From Sarea resinae (taxonomy: Eukaryota), in assembly GCA_026026165.1 (NCBI GenBank), contig JAPEUD010000060.1, positions 1 through 64,000 of the forward strand: a stretch of 64,000 nucleotides of DNA. Direction: 5' to 3'. A program made the position numbers and the translations under genes. Every line of letters starts with the position of its first letter. Within the stretch, counting starts at the first letter, position 1. Below, one piece after another: positions 11,900-25,899 of the stretch. The notes under the pieces were generated by a model that worked only from the letters and a program-made list of their open reading frames with translations, was not told where the DNA came from and made no database searches.

Positions 11900-14800
11900 T
11901 AAAGTTGGCCCTTAACTTTACTAACACATAAAAGACATGTCTGTTAAGGAAAAGGTAGGAAAAGCATTCCTATAACTTGTTGCTCTTACACTTCCTAGTT
12001 AAGCGGCAGAGAGATAGGTCTGTTACCTGTCTATACAATTGTAGCATTTCTTGTATAGTCTAGCTATCGAACAGATTAGACAACTTATTCCCTAGTAGCA
12101 GAGCTTCTTAAACACTTTTATAAGGAGATGTTTTAGGATTTAATAATGCTGCGGTTTTCTGCTTCTTTAAAGGACAGGCTAGGAATAGTCCTTGTTGTTT
12201 ACGCTTGTTAGGTTTAGAACTCCTAGCCTGTCTAGAAGAACCTTTGCTAATTATATTATAGGTAAGGTCTTAGGAGAGTTAGTTTGTTAGATTAAGTAAT
12301 TGCATTGCTTTTATTATTAGTTAGTCTTAGACTTAGGCAAACTCTTTGCTTGCTGCCTTTTCTATGTTATTATTAGTAAAGACTAGCTTAATATCTAATT
12401 TAACAGCGAACTTTCTCTTAGCTAGGCTAGAGGAAACAATTTTATAGAGGTCTTCTAAAACATCTGATTCTTCTAACTGTTTAGAGTCTGTGTTATTATT
12501 AGATACATGTGTTCTGTGTTCTATAGAGTAGAAATATAATTTGTTTCTATAGAGGCGCATTTCTATTCGCTTAAATACCTTAAAGGCTTTGCAGTATTAG
12601 CTTAGGGCTTAGTGTCTCTATCGCTAAAGATATCTAGTAACCTTGTCTGTATTGTCCTCTATAAGAATTCTTTGCTCCTCTATAACTTCTAGCTTATTAA
12701 ATCTCCTCCTTCTAACTAAGTAATTAGACGTAGCCTCTAACTCTGTTAATAAGACTGCCGCTAGAAATTTACTTAGGACCTCTCTATACATGTTAGGATG
12801 CCTGCTTAGGCTGTTTAGTAGAGGCGTTAGGTCTCTAAAACATGCAGATATATTCTCCTAAGTTCCTAACTCTAAAGCCTCTAGAGTCTAGTAGTTAGTA
12901 TAGACACAAACTTTCTACAGATAAATAACGTGGCAGCAAGCTGTTAGCTTTTTAGTAGTCCTATAAGCGGCCTTAGGATTTGTAACTCAGAGGTCCTAGG
13001 CTTAAAGAGGCTACATAGTCTTTATTATGCTAAATCTTTCTTTGTCTGCTTTTGTAACCTATCTTCTATTAATAGTAGTAACTTTCCTAGTATGTGTGTA
13101 TAGCTTTAGGTCGCGTTTCTTAACTTCTTTAGCCTAAAGTTTAAAGGAATAACTTATGCTAAAGTAGACTATAGTGCAATTTTGTTTATCCTTAGGTTTA
13201 ACAGCGATAGCGAATTGAATTATATTTGCGCCTTAGTCCTCCTTAGCTAGCTTACAGACATTCTAGTCTAAATAGTAGAAACCTATATAGTTGCCTTTAG
13301 ATAAGGATTTAGCATAGTAAGGATAGCTAATAAGCTGTATGTTCTAGTCTAGCTAGCAGAAAACAGTAATTAGGTAATGCTATAGGTCTATATTAATTAG
13401 CTGCTAGAAAAGAGAGTAGAACATTATCTAAACCTAACTCTAATTAGCTTTCCTATTAACCTTGTGTTAATAATGTTTGTAGCACGCAAATTCTTCCTTT
13501 ACTATATCTGCTAGTCTAGGTGCTAACTCTATCTATTAGTAAGCTTTGTTAATAATAACCGATCTATTTTTGTCCTAGTCTGCTATATATGTCTTAAACT
13601 GCTGTTTAGTGTAGGTATAGGTAGGTATAAACTCCTCTATATTAGTTTCTGCCTTTAACTAGTATAACTCTCTAGCATCTGCTAGGCGCTTAGGTTAGAT
13701 CTTCTTACTAAACTAAACATAGGTTTCCTTCTTAACTATAAAATCCACGAAATCTCTTAGCTAGGCTAGGAGCTCCTAAAATTGTCGTCCTAATTCTGCG
13801 TCTAAAGCATTATTCTTTATGCTAATACACAATGCAAGTGCCCTTATATAGTTTTAGTAAAGCTGTTTAGTATTATGCGTCGCGTTAATTGTCTCCTACG
13901 TTTGTAATAGCTTAATCGCGATTGTAGAGGTAGCTAGTTTCTTGCTTACAACTGCATCTAAGAGCAAAGCTAGGACCTATAGAGTACATTTACAGCCTTT
14001 AACAACTAGCTTCTGTTTGACTTTAGATTCCTTTAACAGAATTTTTAGGCCTGTCTAGGAGTTCTTAACTAGCTGTAATACTCTAATAGTTAAATTTAAC
14101 ATGATATTCTTAGCCCTAAGCAATAACAACCTAGTAGCAAGTGCTTTCTTTTCTAATTCCTCTTCTAGAAACTCCTTAGGTTCCTTCTCTTTATTATTGT
14201 TAGCAGTAAGTCTCTTCTTTACAGCGTCTTTATAATCTGTCTTCTTCTTTAGTAGATCTTACAGGCTATTCTATTCTAGGTTAGCTTCTCTAAGGATCCT
14301 ATGCACATTAATAAGTGCTCCTACTATCTAAAGGTCTTTCTTAGTAAATAAGAAGATTTCTAACTTTTTGCCTTTCTCTAACTTTTTAAAAGCCTTTGCT
14401 AGTCGTTCTTAATCCTTAGAAGTTTGCTTAACAACAGATTTAGAAAGCCCTTGCTTTCTTCCTCTTATAAGTCGTTGTATAGCTTCTGAGTTTGCTATTC
14501 TTATCGCCTCTTTAAATAGATACTAAGCTGCAACATACTTTATATTGTCTAGGTAATTTCTAGACATTTCTGCTTCTAGCAAATAACAGGCATTATTATC
14601 TCTCTACTTGTTTCTAATCTTTTATCTTCCTTTAGCAATGCGCTTCTTCTTATTATAGGATTCCTTAGTAAGATTAAATATCTTAAGGATATTGCCTGTC
14701 TAGTGCGTCTTAACATACTTAGCTAACACTAAGTCCTTTTTAACTTCTTTAACACTCTATTTATACATCTACAAATAACAGGTATAGTGCTTGCTTATCT

Positions 14801-15300
14801 TATTAATAAAAGTCTTATAGAAGTCGACTTTTTCTTAGGGGTTAGCTATTATACTTATATAAGTGTAAATAGATTCTACATTCTAGAATAGGATGCTAGA
14901 AATAGTTATAAACATATCTTTTGCCTTAAGCGCTGTTGTACTAGGTGTAGCTAGTGTAAGAGAGGTGTAGGGCAAGGTAGAAGACATGTTAGTCCCTTAG
15001 TTTTCTTCTAGTTAGTCCTAGAGATTAGACTGTGTGACATGTCTTAGAGAACTTAACTTAGCTGCTAGCGCTTCTAATATTAAGGTGTCTACTTCTTCTT
15101 CCTAGGTATCGCCTTTAAATTCTTTACAGATAATAGAGAGATTAAGCTGTGTAGTAAGGGTGATAAAAAGGTCCTAGCTATTGCCTTTAGACAAGATAGA
15201 CAAGGGTGCTAGGGTTTCTTCTTACACAGACAATTGCTAGCCGGCTATTTTTAGCGATTCTTATCTCTTAGACTGTCTAGAAGATTAGAGAGAGCAAATG
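11900..15300 (-). pseudogene. Extra ORF in the Gypsy 3' region, with a putative PhyH-like 2OG-Fe(II) dioxygenase domain at ~12640-13600
   Basis: A single frame reads ..MFYSLF*QL..LISYPYYAK..GFYYLD*N..GANIIQFAIAV..NCTIV..DL*VTNPKAAYRT..CCHVIYL*K..ELGT*ENISA... Reverting RIP gives H-L-D (13274-13266), a distal A-H-G (~12964) and R-R. ORF 12333-12560 is a C-terminal fragment. Start and end are approximate. Confidence 0.7.
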
Positions 15301-16299
15301 TCCTTAAGGGTATAAAAAGATTTTTCTCCTAGGAATGCTAGGAGATTGTAAATAACTATAGAGCGTGATTAGATAAGAGAGGTAATTATGCAGATTTTCG
15401 CTTATTATCTAATAAGGCGTTAGACAGCAAGTGCTAATAGTAAGCGAGCTAATAAGGTAGAGAGCATAAGCGAGCTAATTAAGAAGAGAGGTCTATAATA
15501 GGTGAATAATATTAGAAGAGCAGATAAGATAGCGGCAGTAGAAATTGCATAAGAAGTAGGAAAATATTTAGAGAAGATAGAGGCAAGCAAGTAGAAGATG
15601 TTTTCTTATAGTCCTTGCTTAGAGTGTATGTGACTAGATTCCTACTAATAATCGTTAGATATTAGCGTAAAAAAAGTGTTATCTTGCTTTTCTTTGTAGT
15701 GAAATTTAGCGTGTTATTAAGCTGAAGTAGTAGCTGTAGCGTTAGTGATACGCTTAAGCAAGGTTCTTTATTGTCTGTATCGCTTCTTTATTTACCCTTA
15801 CTTTTATACGTGTTTTGCACCTAAAAGTAAGGTGAAAGTGAGATAAATTTAAGATAAGGTTAAGCGAGTAGTAAGAACAGTCTCTGCAATGCTAGTCGAG
15901 GCAAATAGTAGTAGTAAGGCAGATATATAGTGCTTATGCAAGTTAGGAATGCTTGTTATACTATTTTACTAACTTATAGCGTGTTGTTAAATTCAGATAG
16001 AGGCTGTATACTCTGCAGTGTTACTCTTTAGGTCTGTCTAGGAGATTAGGCTAGCAGAGTCTGTTTTGCCTTAATATAAGCTAAAGAAGTAAAGTAATAT
16101 AATGTGTAATAAATTAGAAATGTTATCACAGATTATTAGGTATGCTGTGCTATACAACATAAGCTGCGCCTCCTACACCTCTAGCAAGGTAGACTGTAGT
16201 TAAAAAGATCTAGCTAGACAAGGTTATGCATATACACACCTCTCTCTAGTTTCTTTTAAAACTTCTAGCTAGGCTAAAAAGTTTTGTGCTATATAATTA

Positions 16300-19200
16300 G
16301 CTAAGGTAGGATAACAATAGCGAACGATCTTCTATAAGGCACTAAGGCCTATAAGGCCTTGTATTCTTCTTAAGTTACTTGATTATTATTATCCTTAAGG
16401 TCCTTAGACTAAGTATTATTAGCATTATCTGCAGACTTATCTTTAATCAGATAATTAGGTATAGGGGTAGGCGATTGCGTGTTCCTTGCAGAATTAGGTA
16501 GAGAAGGTTAGCACATAAATTTCTTTAGACAATTTCTAGGTGCAGTGCTGTTTAACTTAGCGCTATTAAGTTTAGCAAGCTAGTAAGTTCCTTAGATAGG
16601 GTCAGCCTATATAACACAATAGAGGCTTATCTACCTATAGCAGAGTTTGCTTTAGAGCGAGTAGTCTGTAGCAAGCTTAGTGTTATGTAGTAATACTATA
16701 TTATTAACGTTAAATTTATCTAGGCAGAGATTATAAACTTTATTAAATGCTTCTTTACTTTGTTCACACATGCAGTGTAGATATAGCTAGGTCTCTTATA
16801 GATCTTTATCGCGGCGTTACATTTGCTAAGCCTATAATGCTAGTAATTCTGCAGTAGTTTAGACTAAGTTCTAGTCTAATACGTGCTAGGTAAGAAGGTC
16901 TAATTTAATAAGCAAGACTGCGTTGTATCTGTATAGCACTTAATAAGGTGTCTAGCTAGTAGAAACTCAAACTATAGTGCGGTCAGCCTATAGGACTATG
17001 TGTAAGTTCTAGACCTAATTTCCTATGCCTCTGTCTGTTATCTTAGCTAGTGCATTAACAATAGAGGTATAACCTCTTTCTACTAGGCTATTTGCTTGCA
17101 AGTAGTATACTAAGACTACAACGTGATTGATTCTGTACTTCTCTATAAGAACATGTATAGACTGCTTGTTCTCTAGTCCTCTATTAGTAACTAGCTTCTA
17201 AAAGCATCTGTAGCAGCAGATAATATCCTTGTAAAGGAATTTAGCAATAGTAGCAGAGGTAGCGTCTCCTATAGCGCGTGCTTCTACCTAGCTAGAAAAG
17301 TCATCCTAGGCAATAATAATATTCTTCCTATTCTAGCAAGCTAGTATATGTATTATGTTAAGGCTAACCTTCTCCTAACAGGCAAAAGACTAGGTTAGGT
17401 GCAAGGCCTTCTCTTTCTATTTAGAGGCTCTCTTCTAACACTTCTAGCAGCTCTTAATATATATTACTACTTCTAGATATAGATCGCTCTACTAGTATCT
17501 ATCTGCAATGCGCTAATAGGTGCCTTCTTAGCCTCTGTGTCCTCCTTAATTGTAGGCCTCCTCTAGGATGCAGGCTTTATTAGCGTCTTAGTTAATAACT
17601 CTTTAAAGTAGTATATTCTTAGAGGCACGCTTAAACAAGTGTTAGTCGCGAACTGAGAATTTTAGGGCGTGATTCTTAAACTTGCAGAACTCTTTTGCGC
17701 TTATTTCTGCTGGCTAGACTAGAGAAAGAAGCTATTATACAATCTTCTGCAATTTGTCTAAGTAACTATCCTTAAGAGGTAATAGAGGTTCTGCCTTTAC
17801 GCTGTCGCTATTTACAGATATAGGAAAGACTTAAACAAGGTATAACTCTAAGTCTATCACGTTGTTAATATCTGCCTTGTTTTCTATATTAGCAATATCT
17901 TCTGCAGTAGCTAGCTGACAAGATAATCTATTAGCAGCACTATGCTTTTAACTAGGAACATGTTAAACAGTAAAGTTAAAAAGGCAGATCTATGCAAGCT
18001 ATTAAGTGATAAGAGCACTAGGAAGGTCAGCTGCAGGCATATTAAGTTGTGTAACTAGGGTATTAGCATCGAGTTCTACTACAAAGGTCTAACTGTATAG
18101 GTAGACTTAGACTTTCTTTAGCGCCTTTAGCAGGCCTTAGTATTCTTGCTTTCCTGCATTGTACTTTTTCTCTGCGTTGTTCTAGAGTCTACTCTTAAAT
18201 CAAATAGAGTGCTGTTTTCTAGTCTCTAGATTAACCTGTATAAGGTTCGCTCTCTAGCCTTCTCTACTAGCATTAACTCTAAGTATAATCTCTTCTTCTC
18301 CTAGTCTATAGATAATTGTCACTAGTGCTAGCGCAGTAGTAAGAGTGTACTTTAGCTTATCTATAGCTAACACCTAATCTAGTCTCTAGACAAATTTAAT
18401 ATCCTTCTTAAATAAGATAAAGATCAGCCTAGCAATAATAGCGAACCTGTTAATAAAGATCCTATAGTAGACGCATATGCTGATAAAAGCCTTAGCTTCT
18501 GTAACATTCTAATAATTAGGCTATTTAACAATCTTTAGCACTTTAGTGCTGTTAGAGTGTTAGCTGTCTAAGTTGCAGACATAGCTAACAATCTTAATGC
18601 CTTCTATACAGAATTAAGATTTCTTACTAGATACTATACAGCTAGACCGCTCTATGTCTGCTAGAACCTTATTAAGTAATTAGATATGCTTAGCTATATA
18701 GCGCCTGATTCTAGGTAAAATTTCTTTGCCTTTATAGTTAGATTAAGGCCCTTTAACACTAATGTTATCTAGAAAAGGTTAAGTAAGATTAGGAATGTAG
18801 TCGCTAAGAATCTTTGTAATAATGCAGACAAATTGCGCAACTAAGTTTATAGCTTTTTAAGGTAAAGTTGTCTAGCAAAGCAGGCCTAGAGGTGCTATAA
18901 AGGCAGTTATATCCTAGCATTCCTCTACTAGTTCGATCTGATTATATCCTAAGAAGAAATCAATAAGTAAGGCAACTTACATGCTAGCAAATTCCTTAGA
19001 AAATTCTTCTACTAAAGGCAAGAGGTTTGTGTCTTAAATTATAACCTTGTTTATTGCTATTACTGCATTAACTATGCGATACTTTCTAGACTTCTTCTTA
19101 ACTAAGAACTATAGGTTTTAGTACAGTCTGTAGCAGTGTTCTAATAACCTATTCTTTAATTGTTCTTATAGCATTTTAATAACTACTCTGTTTAATGCTT

Positions 19201-22200
19201 GTAGAACTAAAAAACTATTAGCTTGCTAAGCAGTATGCAGAATAGTTTGTATCTCTTGCGCTAGCGCCACCTCCTTTTAGACCTTGCTAATTTCTAAGAA
19301 GTCCTATGTAAAGGCCTTCTTACAATTATAAAGCATTGTAGTAAGCATCTCTTTCTCTTAATCTAATATGCTATCTCCTACAACTATTGTCTCTAATCTT
19401 TTAGGTGTAATATAAGATCCCTTTTGCAACTTTAAAAACTTTAGAATTAGCAACGCGTTAAAGTCTTCTTCTAGACAGTCTAGGTCTTTTTCGTGTAACG
19501 TTCTGTGGTTTAACATGTCTTTCTCTTCTAACTCTCTTTTCTAGTCTTTTGCTTCTCTAGGCTTGCTACTATCTAACACTAAAGTGTTAACTAGTCTAAC
19601 CTTATCTCTCTTTTTCTTATACATTGTATAGATATAGGCTAAGTCAACGTTTCCTTTTAGATTTAACTCTAGATTAAGCATCCTCTTAGAAAACTAGTAA
19701 GTTTCCCCTTAACCTATATGTAACGCTTTAAACTCCTTAACTAAATCATTATTCCTCTAGTCTGTCCTAGAGAAATCTCTAGCCTTGTTATCTAGTTTCT
19801 ACCTGTCTTCTTCTTCTAAGCCTTGCTGTGTTAGTCTTACAGTTATAGTAAACACTTGCTTAGGATAGCGTCTGCTATCTAGTTTAAACAGTTCTAGCTA
19901 GAGAACACATTAGCATACCTTCTATCAGATAAATTTCCTACTTATACTGCACTAAACATCTTTAAATAACGTTAGTCCTCTAAGAATATAGTGCACATTG
20001 TTGTTCTGTTGTCCTACACCTTAGTGCGTATACAAGCAGCAATCTAATACAGTTGACTAAGGATAAGCAGTCGATCTAGTTAAGTAGTGATAAAAATAGG
20101 TACCCTGCTAGTAATACCTCTAATATTGATTTTAATATCTTTAGCGTATCCTATAAATAGTGCTAGCTTTCCTTTAATGCTAATCATTGTAGTAGCTAGT
20201 TAAGGAGTCTAACTTAGCCTAAGATTCTTTGCTGTTAATAGACTTATCAGATATATCTTAGCACTACTATCTAACAGTCCTCTTATTCTTCTTTTTCCTT
20301 TAATACTTACTTCTGCTATTATACACCTAGCAGTATATAACGTGGAATTCAGTATTTCCTTATTAGTATAATTGTTGCTTTCTATCTTTCTAACTATTAC
20401 TAGGCGATCTATATTATGCTGTCTAGCTGCGAGATAGCCTTCTAACTTTCTGCCTAAAGAGTACAACTTATCTCTAAGGTTCTTAAAGAAAAGCTTCTAA
20501 ACTTTAGGCGCATTTAAAAGAAGATCCTTTACTATAACGTGGTTAAGCTGCTGATCTAGTATTATATCTACAATAGAAGTAGGGTTAGTATCTTCTCTAA
20601 GGTAATTAGACAATTAGTGTTAACAAGCCTTTTGCTAATATGTTTCTTCTACCTTATCTATTAGCTCTAGCTTAGCAAACTCTACTCTCTTCTTAGAACT
20701 GCTAGCTAGACTAGGATATTGCAGAGGCTGTTCTTTATAACAGACTATATCTCTCTTCTTAAGAACACAACTGCTCTAGTACGTCCTAAGGCAGATGTTC
20801 TTAGCTGCAAGCAACTTTTCTTCCTCCTAAATTCGCCTCTTATAGACTCTAGCATCTAGGTCTTATATAGGTTTCTATGTAGCAGAGTTAGATCCTTACC
20901 TAAGGATCCTCTTAGGTTGTCTTGCTAAATAGACATTCGATTAGTTATAGTCATTAGCTTCTACATCTGTGTTATCTAGCTTAAGATCTGCTGCACAAAT
21001 AGAACTAACTCTTACTAAGTTAACCCTTAAACTAAGGCTTAGTTGCTCTTTCCTTTTGTTATACATCCTTTTCTATTCTCTATTAGCAAACAAGGCTTAA
21101 TATTTGCTAGGAGGAATATACAACTCTGCTTTGCCTTATCCTTTAGGACTCTAACACATTTAACAATGTTTGTTAAAATAAATCTTCCTACTTATAAAGA
21201 GCTGCTGCATTAGCAGGCAATTAGCGAATCTATAGCGCTAGTCACTGCATCTAAAACATCTAGTTAATTAAGCACAGTTTGTATCGCAGGCTAGATCTGC
21301 TCTATTATTCTGCTAGCTAGTCTAGTAGTTTAGTGCACTTGCGACTTTTAGGGCAGAAGATAGCATCTAAGTAAAGAGCTTAGCAGTGTTTGCAGCACTT
21401 GCTGTAACTGCCTTAATTAGAATTATTAAGCTAGCTAACCTATCTGCTAATTTGTCTATAACCTTATTAACTTTCTTACTTGCTGTTCCTTCTATATAAT
21501 CTTGTATAACTAGAGGTTAGAGTAGCTCTACTACAGCAGCCTTTAGAGCTAGGTGCTGTCCTTTAATTAAGGTCTTTACTATCTTTGTTAGCTCTGTCTT
21601 ATTTAGCTTCTGCAGTGCCTGTATAGATTGACATTGCTTAATAGCGATATTAAAGATCTTCTTAAAGTCGATATTAGTAGGGTTGTAATTGTCTAGGTTA
21701 ATATAGCCTCGCGTGATAACTTTGACTTAGATCTCTTAGAGAAGGCCTTAAAGGAACTATAACATGCGAGTATAGGCATTAAGCTTGTTTTTCTAGCATA
21801 GGGTTTAAGAGATGCTCTAGAACTAACAACAATATTAACAGATCTCCTCTGCATTCGAACAAGGTTTCTCTTTAAGGGCTTTAAGGTAAGTTTAGGAGTT
21901 GATTTGCTGCTCTACATCCTAATTAGAGTAGTCTTTTAGCAGCGATTTCTTAAACTCATCCTAATCTACAAGATACTCTAGCATAGTCTTAATACTGCAA
22001 GACATAATACTCTTATAATAACATAGGAGCCGCTTAAACATCTCTATTTAGTTAAGCTAGTAATCCTTATATAGTCCTTTATATCTCTTAAGGAACTCTA
22101 TAGCGTTCACCCTGTTGAAATATAGTACGCTATAGGTCCTAGAGGACAGTATAGAGGTGAGATAATGTATAGTAGGTAGGAATGCAGTGCTAGCAGCTAT

Positions 22201-22650
22201 TGTAGGTAGTGTTAGTAATTCTAGTAAACTGTCTCCTAAAAAGTGCAGAGAGGAACGCGTTTGTATAGCAGTAACAATTGCAGCTGCAATAGAGTTTGCT
22301 GTTTCTTAAATAATTGCTTAAACAAATTGTGTTAACTTGTAAGGGCACTTGTCTTATTTGCTGCTTTTAACTTTCTTATATTTAGACCTTGTCTTACTCT
22401 TACTAATCTACTTATCTCTAGTAGCGCCTTAAACATCCCTTAGCGCACTCCTTAACGTATAATAAAGCTGTTCCTTCTATCTGTTCTCTCTATATACTAC
22501 ATAATAAACTGCCTTATCGCTAAATAAACTGTAAGCTGTTAAGGATCGCCTCTAACCTCCTTAGATAAATAGCTGTCGCCTAACTATTTTAACAATAAGA
22601 TCTAGCTAGTCTAGTAGAATTTTTCGTTGTGTAATCTCTAAACTTTATGT
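16300..22650 (-). pseudogene. gag-pol: gag-pol remnant of the Ylt1-like Gypsy (gag, zinc knuckle, protease, RT, RNase H, integrase)
   Basis: CCHC-like knuckle CFRCSD*RYRFANC at ~21220-21262. Protease GLLDSSAKIYLIS in ORF 20209-20466. RT at ~18500-19200, RNase H at ~17930-18290, integrase at ~16500-17560. Confidence 0.92.
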
Positions 22651-22867
22651 CTTTGTTTCTAAATTCTTTTAGGGTCTCTGCAATTCCTACTTCTTATCTC
22701 TCTTGTATTGTGCTAACCTTTTAGAGTCCTAATTGTACAGGCTAGGTTTTGTACTAGCCTTGCAGATCTAGCAACCCTTCTGTGTATCCTTTAAGCAGTG
22801 TTTATACTTATCTGCAAAGCACTTTCTAGTTGAATCTGTGTTGTTTAAGCCCTATATAGGTTACTAA

Positions 22868-23254
22868 TATAAGGGATCAAACTAGATCGCATTAGATAAG
22901 TGCTAGACAGTCCTAAAGATATAGGAACTGCTAAATTGTAATAGCGCTGCTATGCTTAATAGTTGTTAAGTGTGTCACTATCTTAGGTCTTGCTGCTAAT
23001 ATGTCTTAGAGAACTTAAATAGGCAGTAGAACAAGCGTATCAATTAATATAAGCTATTAGCCTATAGCCTAGTAACTAAGCAATAAGAGGAAGAGAAAAA
23101 CTAACGTGCTAACTGCTTGCTTAACTAAATGCTAGAAAACTAATAACTAAATACATGTATAAAGAACTAATAATACCTCCTTTTAAACCCCTAAGAAACA
23201 CAACCCTACTACTAACACCTAATGACTAAGCTATTACTAGTTTACTCTATTACA
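22868..23254 (-). repeat. 5' LTR of the Ylt1-like Gypsy
   Basis: 387-bp direct repeat, followed on the minus strand by PBS-like ttagtaacc (RIPped tggtaacc). Confidence 0.95.
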
Positions 23255-23899
23255 CTAGATTTAGTTTTAGTAAAATATACTAGGTTATAAATGTTTAAAG
23301 AATAAGTTAATAGGTTTTTTTAGAGTAAATAGTATATAGGATATACTAATATAACTATATAGAGTGTATTATTATCCTATAATTTTTATTCTACAACTCT
23401 TATAGTCTTATTACTTTTGTCTCTAATATATTACCTCTATATATTACCTTTTAATAATCTTATCTTATTAATCTACTCTTTATCTTATTAATTAACCTAT
23501 ATATACCTACTAGGTAGGCCTTAAGCTCTACAGCTAATTAAGCCTACCTAAAGCTTAATTTAGGTTAGGTACCTAAACTTAAGTAGATAGCCTACTTTTA
23601 AAGCATTATACTTATAGCTTTTAACTTCTTTCTTCTTTAACCTTCTTACTTCTTTCCTTAACTTATTACTTACTACTTACTACTTCTTCTATCTCCTTTA
23701 CTATTAATTTTTTCACTAATTATCTATAAACTTAATTTCTATTCTCTCTAGACATTGCACTATATAATAGTAACAGTATATAGTAACTAAGAATAAAAGT
23801 TTATACTATATTAGCTAAAATTTAGTTTTAGAAAAAGGATAGCTAATTTCTCTACTAAAACTCTTTAGAAGAGCACACTTTTATTACCTTAATATTATA

Positions 23900-25200
23900 T
23901 TACATAATAGTAACTATAGATAGTAACTAACACTTAGGTTAAACGAAATTTAGATACAGATTCCTAATCTAATAAAGATTATTAATCTAATCTAATAATC
24001 TTAATCTAATCTAATAATCTTAATCTAATAAGACTTAAGATATCTAGAAAAGAGATTAAGATAGAAAAGGTAACACTTATTAGTAACAGCTTTATATAGA
24101 GCACTTACTAACTCTAATAGGATAATAATATAATAGATATAATTATAGATACTAAAATAGATAAAGAGACTGCTATAGCATTAGCTAAATATAATGCTAG
24201 GTTCTTTATACAAAAGGTAATAGTCTTTAGTAACACTTTTAACTATATAACTAACTTGTCTTAGAAACAATATAGGCTATATAAGAAGAGTAGTAAAGAT
24301 AAAATTAAGGTGTAAAAGGACTATAGCTAGTACTTTACTAAGGCCTTTACTTCTTATACTTAGAATATAAAGTCTTAAATAACTCTAGATAAGCTAATAC
24401 TAATAAGGGCTAGAGCAGCAGACTAAAAAGCTAAATGTAATGCTAAGGTTGCTCTACTTAAAACAGCTGCCTATTAAGAGGCTAGTAAAGATAAGAAGGC
24501 TTAGATACTAATTAAGCGCTTTAAGCTGTTAGAAGAGAAGAGATAGAAGAAGAAGAGATCTTTAGTGTAGATTAAGTCTAAGATTATAGCTAGATTAAAT
24601 AAAGAGGAGTAAGAAGCTAAAGAAAAATTCGATAAAATAGCTAAGGCTAGGCTAGCTAATAGAGTCTTAGAGCTAAGCTAAAAGGTAACTAATTTTAGTA
24701 ACGCTTTTTTAATTATATAATGCTTATAAAATTATAGACACTCTCTTTAAAGACTAATAATAAAGAAGGAATAGCAGATACTTTATATAAGTGTATAGCC
24801 TCTTTTATCTGCAGATAAAAGCAAGAGATCTACACTACTTTCTAGACTAGAATCTTAATAGCTAGCTCTAAAGATATAGAAATAGAGCTTTAGCGCTTTC
24901 TAGCTAATTGTAAATATCCTAAGGCTCTTCTAAACTCTAAGGATATAATAGATTCTAAGAGTAAGGCCTTATTAGTTAGCAGCAATAATATTAAGGTAGT
25001 AATTAGTAATAATAAGGTTACTCTAGAGGAAGAAAGTGATAACAGTTTTATTAATAAGTTAGATATAGAGGATAATAACAAACTAGACAATATTAATAAA
25101 AGAGATAAAGAGAGACTAGCTAGTAGCTTATCTAATATAGCTATAGATAATTAGAGAGTTACTAAATTACGTTACCTTTCTTAGATAATTAGTAGTAGCT
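23900..25200 (+). pseudogene. Intron-containing cargo gene remnant of the outer hAT (coiled-coil-like, acidic tail), product unknown
   Basis: Intron-like gtaata...actaac...tag at ~24217-24264. K/E/A-rich frame at 24340-24680. Confidence 0.5.
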
Positions 25201-25899
25201 TTTATTAGTAATAAAGGCTTAAGGGTTACTAAAATGCGTTACTAGTCTAAGATAGATATTAGTAGCTTTTACAGCTTCTTAACTATATAATTAGAGAATA
25301 GATTATAAACTCTTATTATTAATATACCTCTTTAATCCTAAGCAGTGTATATATACTAAGTCGCTTTACTTTCTTTAGTGACTTTTTACTATACTAAAAC
25401 AAGCACTAGGTAGAAGTAGTAAAACACTAATAATATATCTCTTGTTATAACTAGCACTATCTGTAGTTTAGTCTCTTTCTTAGCTAGTAAGTCTGTTCTA
25501 ATAGCCTAATATTAGTATTATACTACTTATGCTTTATATTTGCTATTACTAATTATTATTACTTTACTTAACTCCTATACTAGCCTTCTTTTTACACGTT
25601 GTTAGAGAGCTAATTACAGCTAGCTATATAGTTTTAACATGTTTTGTTTATGTTTTTACTCCTCTATATATACCTATAATATAGTCTCTCTATAATAGTG
25701 TCTATATATTATTATACTAGCCTCTATACCTAAGTTATATAATAATAACTATAACTTTAAGCTAAGAGAGCTTAGCTTCCTCTACCTCTAGTATAATTAG
25801 CTAAGAGTTAGACCTATTATTAGGTATATACTTCTAATCCTATTTAAGTAACAATAATTAGTAACGCAAATTAGAGTCTCTACTCTCTAAGAGAGTTAA

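Larger units (their letters stand above)
11494..23254 (-). mobile_element. Full-length Ty3/Gypsy LTR retrotransposon, Ylt1-like (non-chromoviral) lineage, 11.76 kb, RIP-degraded
   Basis: Two 387-bp LTRs (11494-11880, 22868-23254), 4-bp TSD ctag (11490-11493, 23255-23258), PPT at 11881-11891. RT motif PFLDNISVKG corresponds to FLDD-x-SVKG, and integrase ends with PRNCLKKF corresponding to GNRLKKF. Confidence 0.95.
4188..23594 (+). mobile_element. hAT-superfamily DNA transposon (inner, ~7.6 kb without its Gypsy insertion)
   Basis: TIR taggctatctactta at 4188 and taagtagatagccta ending at 23594. Exact 8-bp TSD cttttaaa at 4180-4187 and 23595-23602. Subterminal taggta/tacct repeats. Transposase remnant inside. 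Confidence 0.93.

Noticed and set aside
24890..25090. 66-aa Leu/Ser-rich ORF
   Set aside because: Antisense shadow of a RIPped acidic plus-strand coding region.
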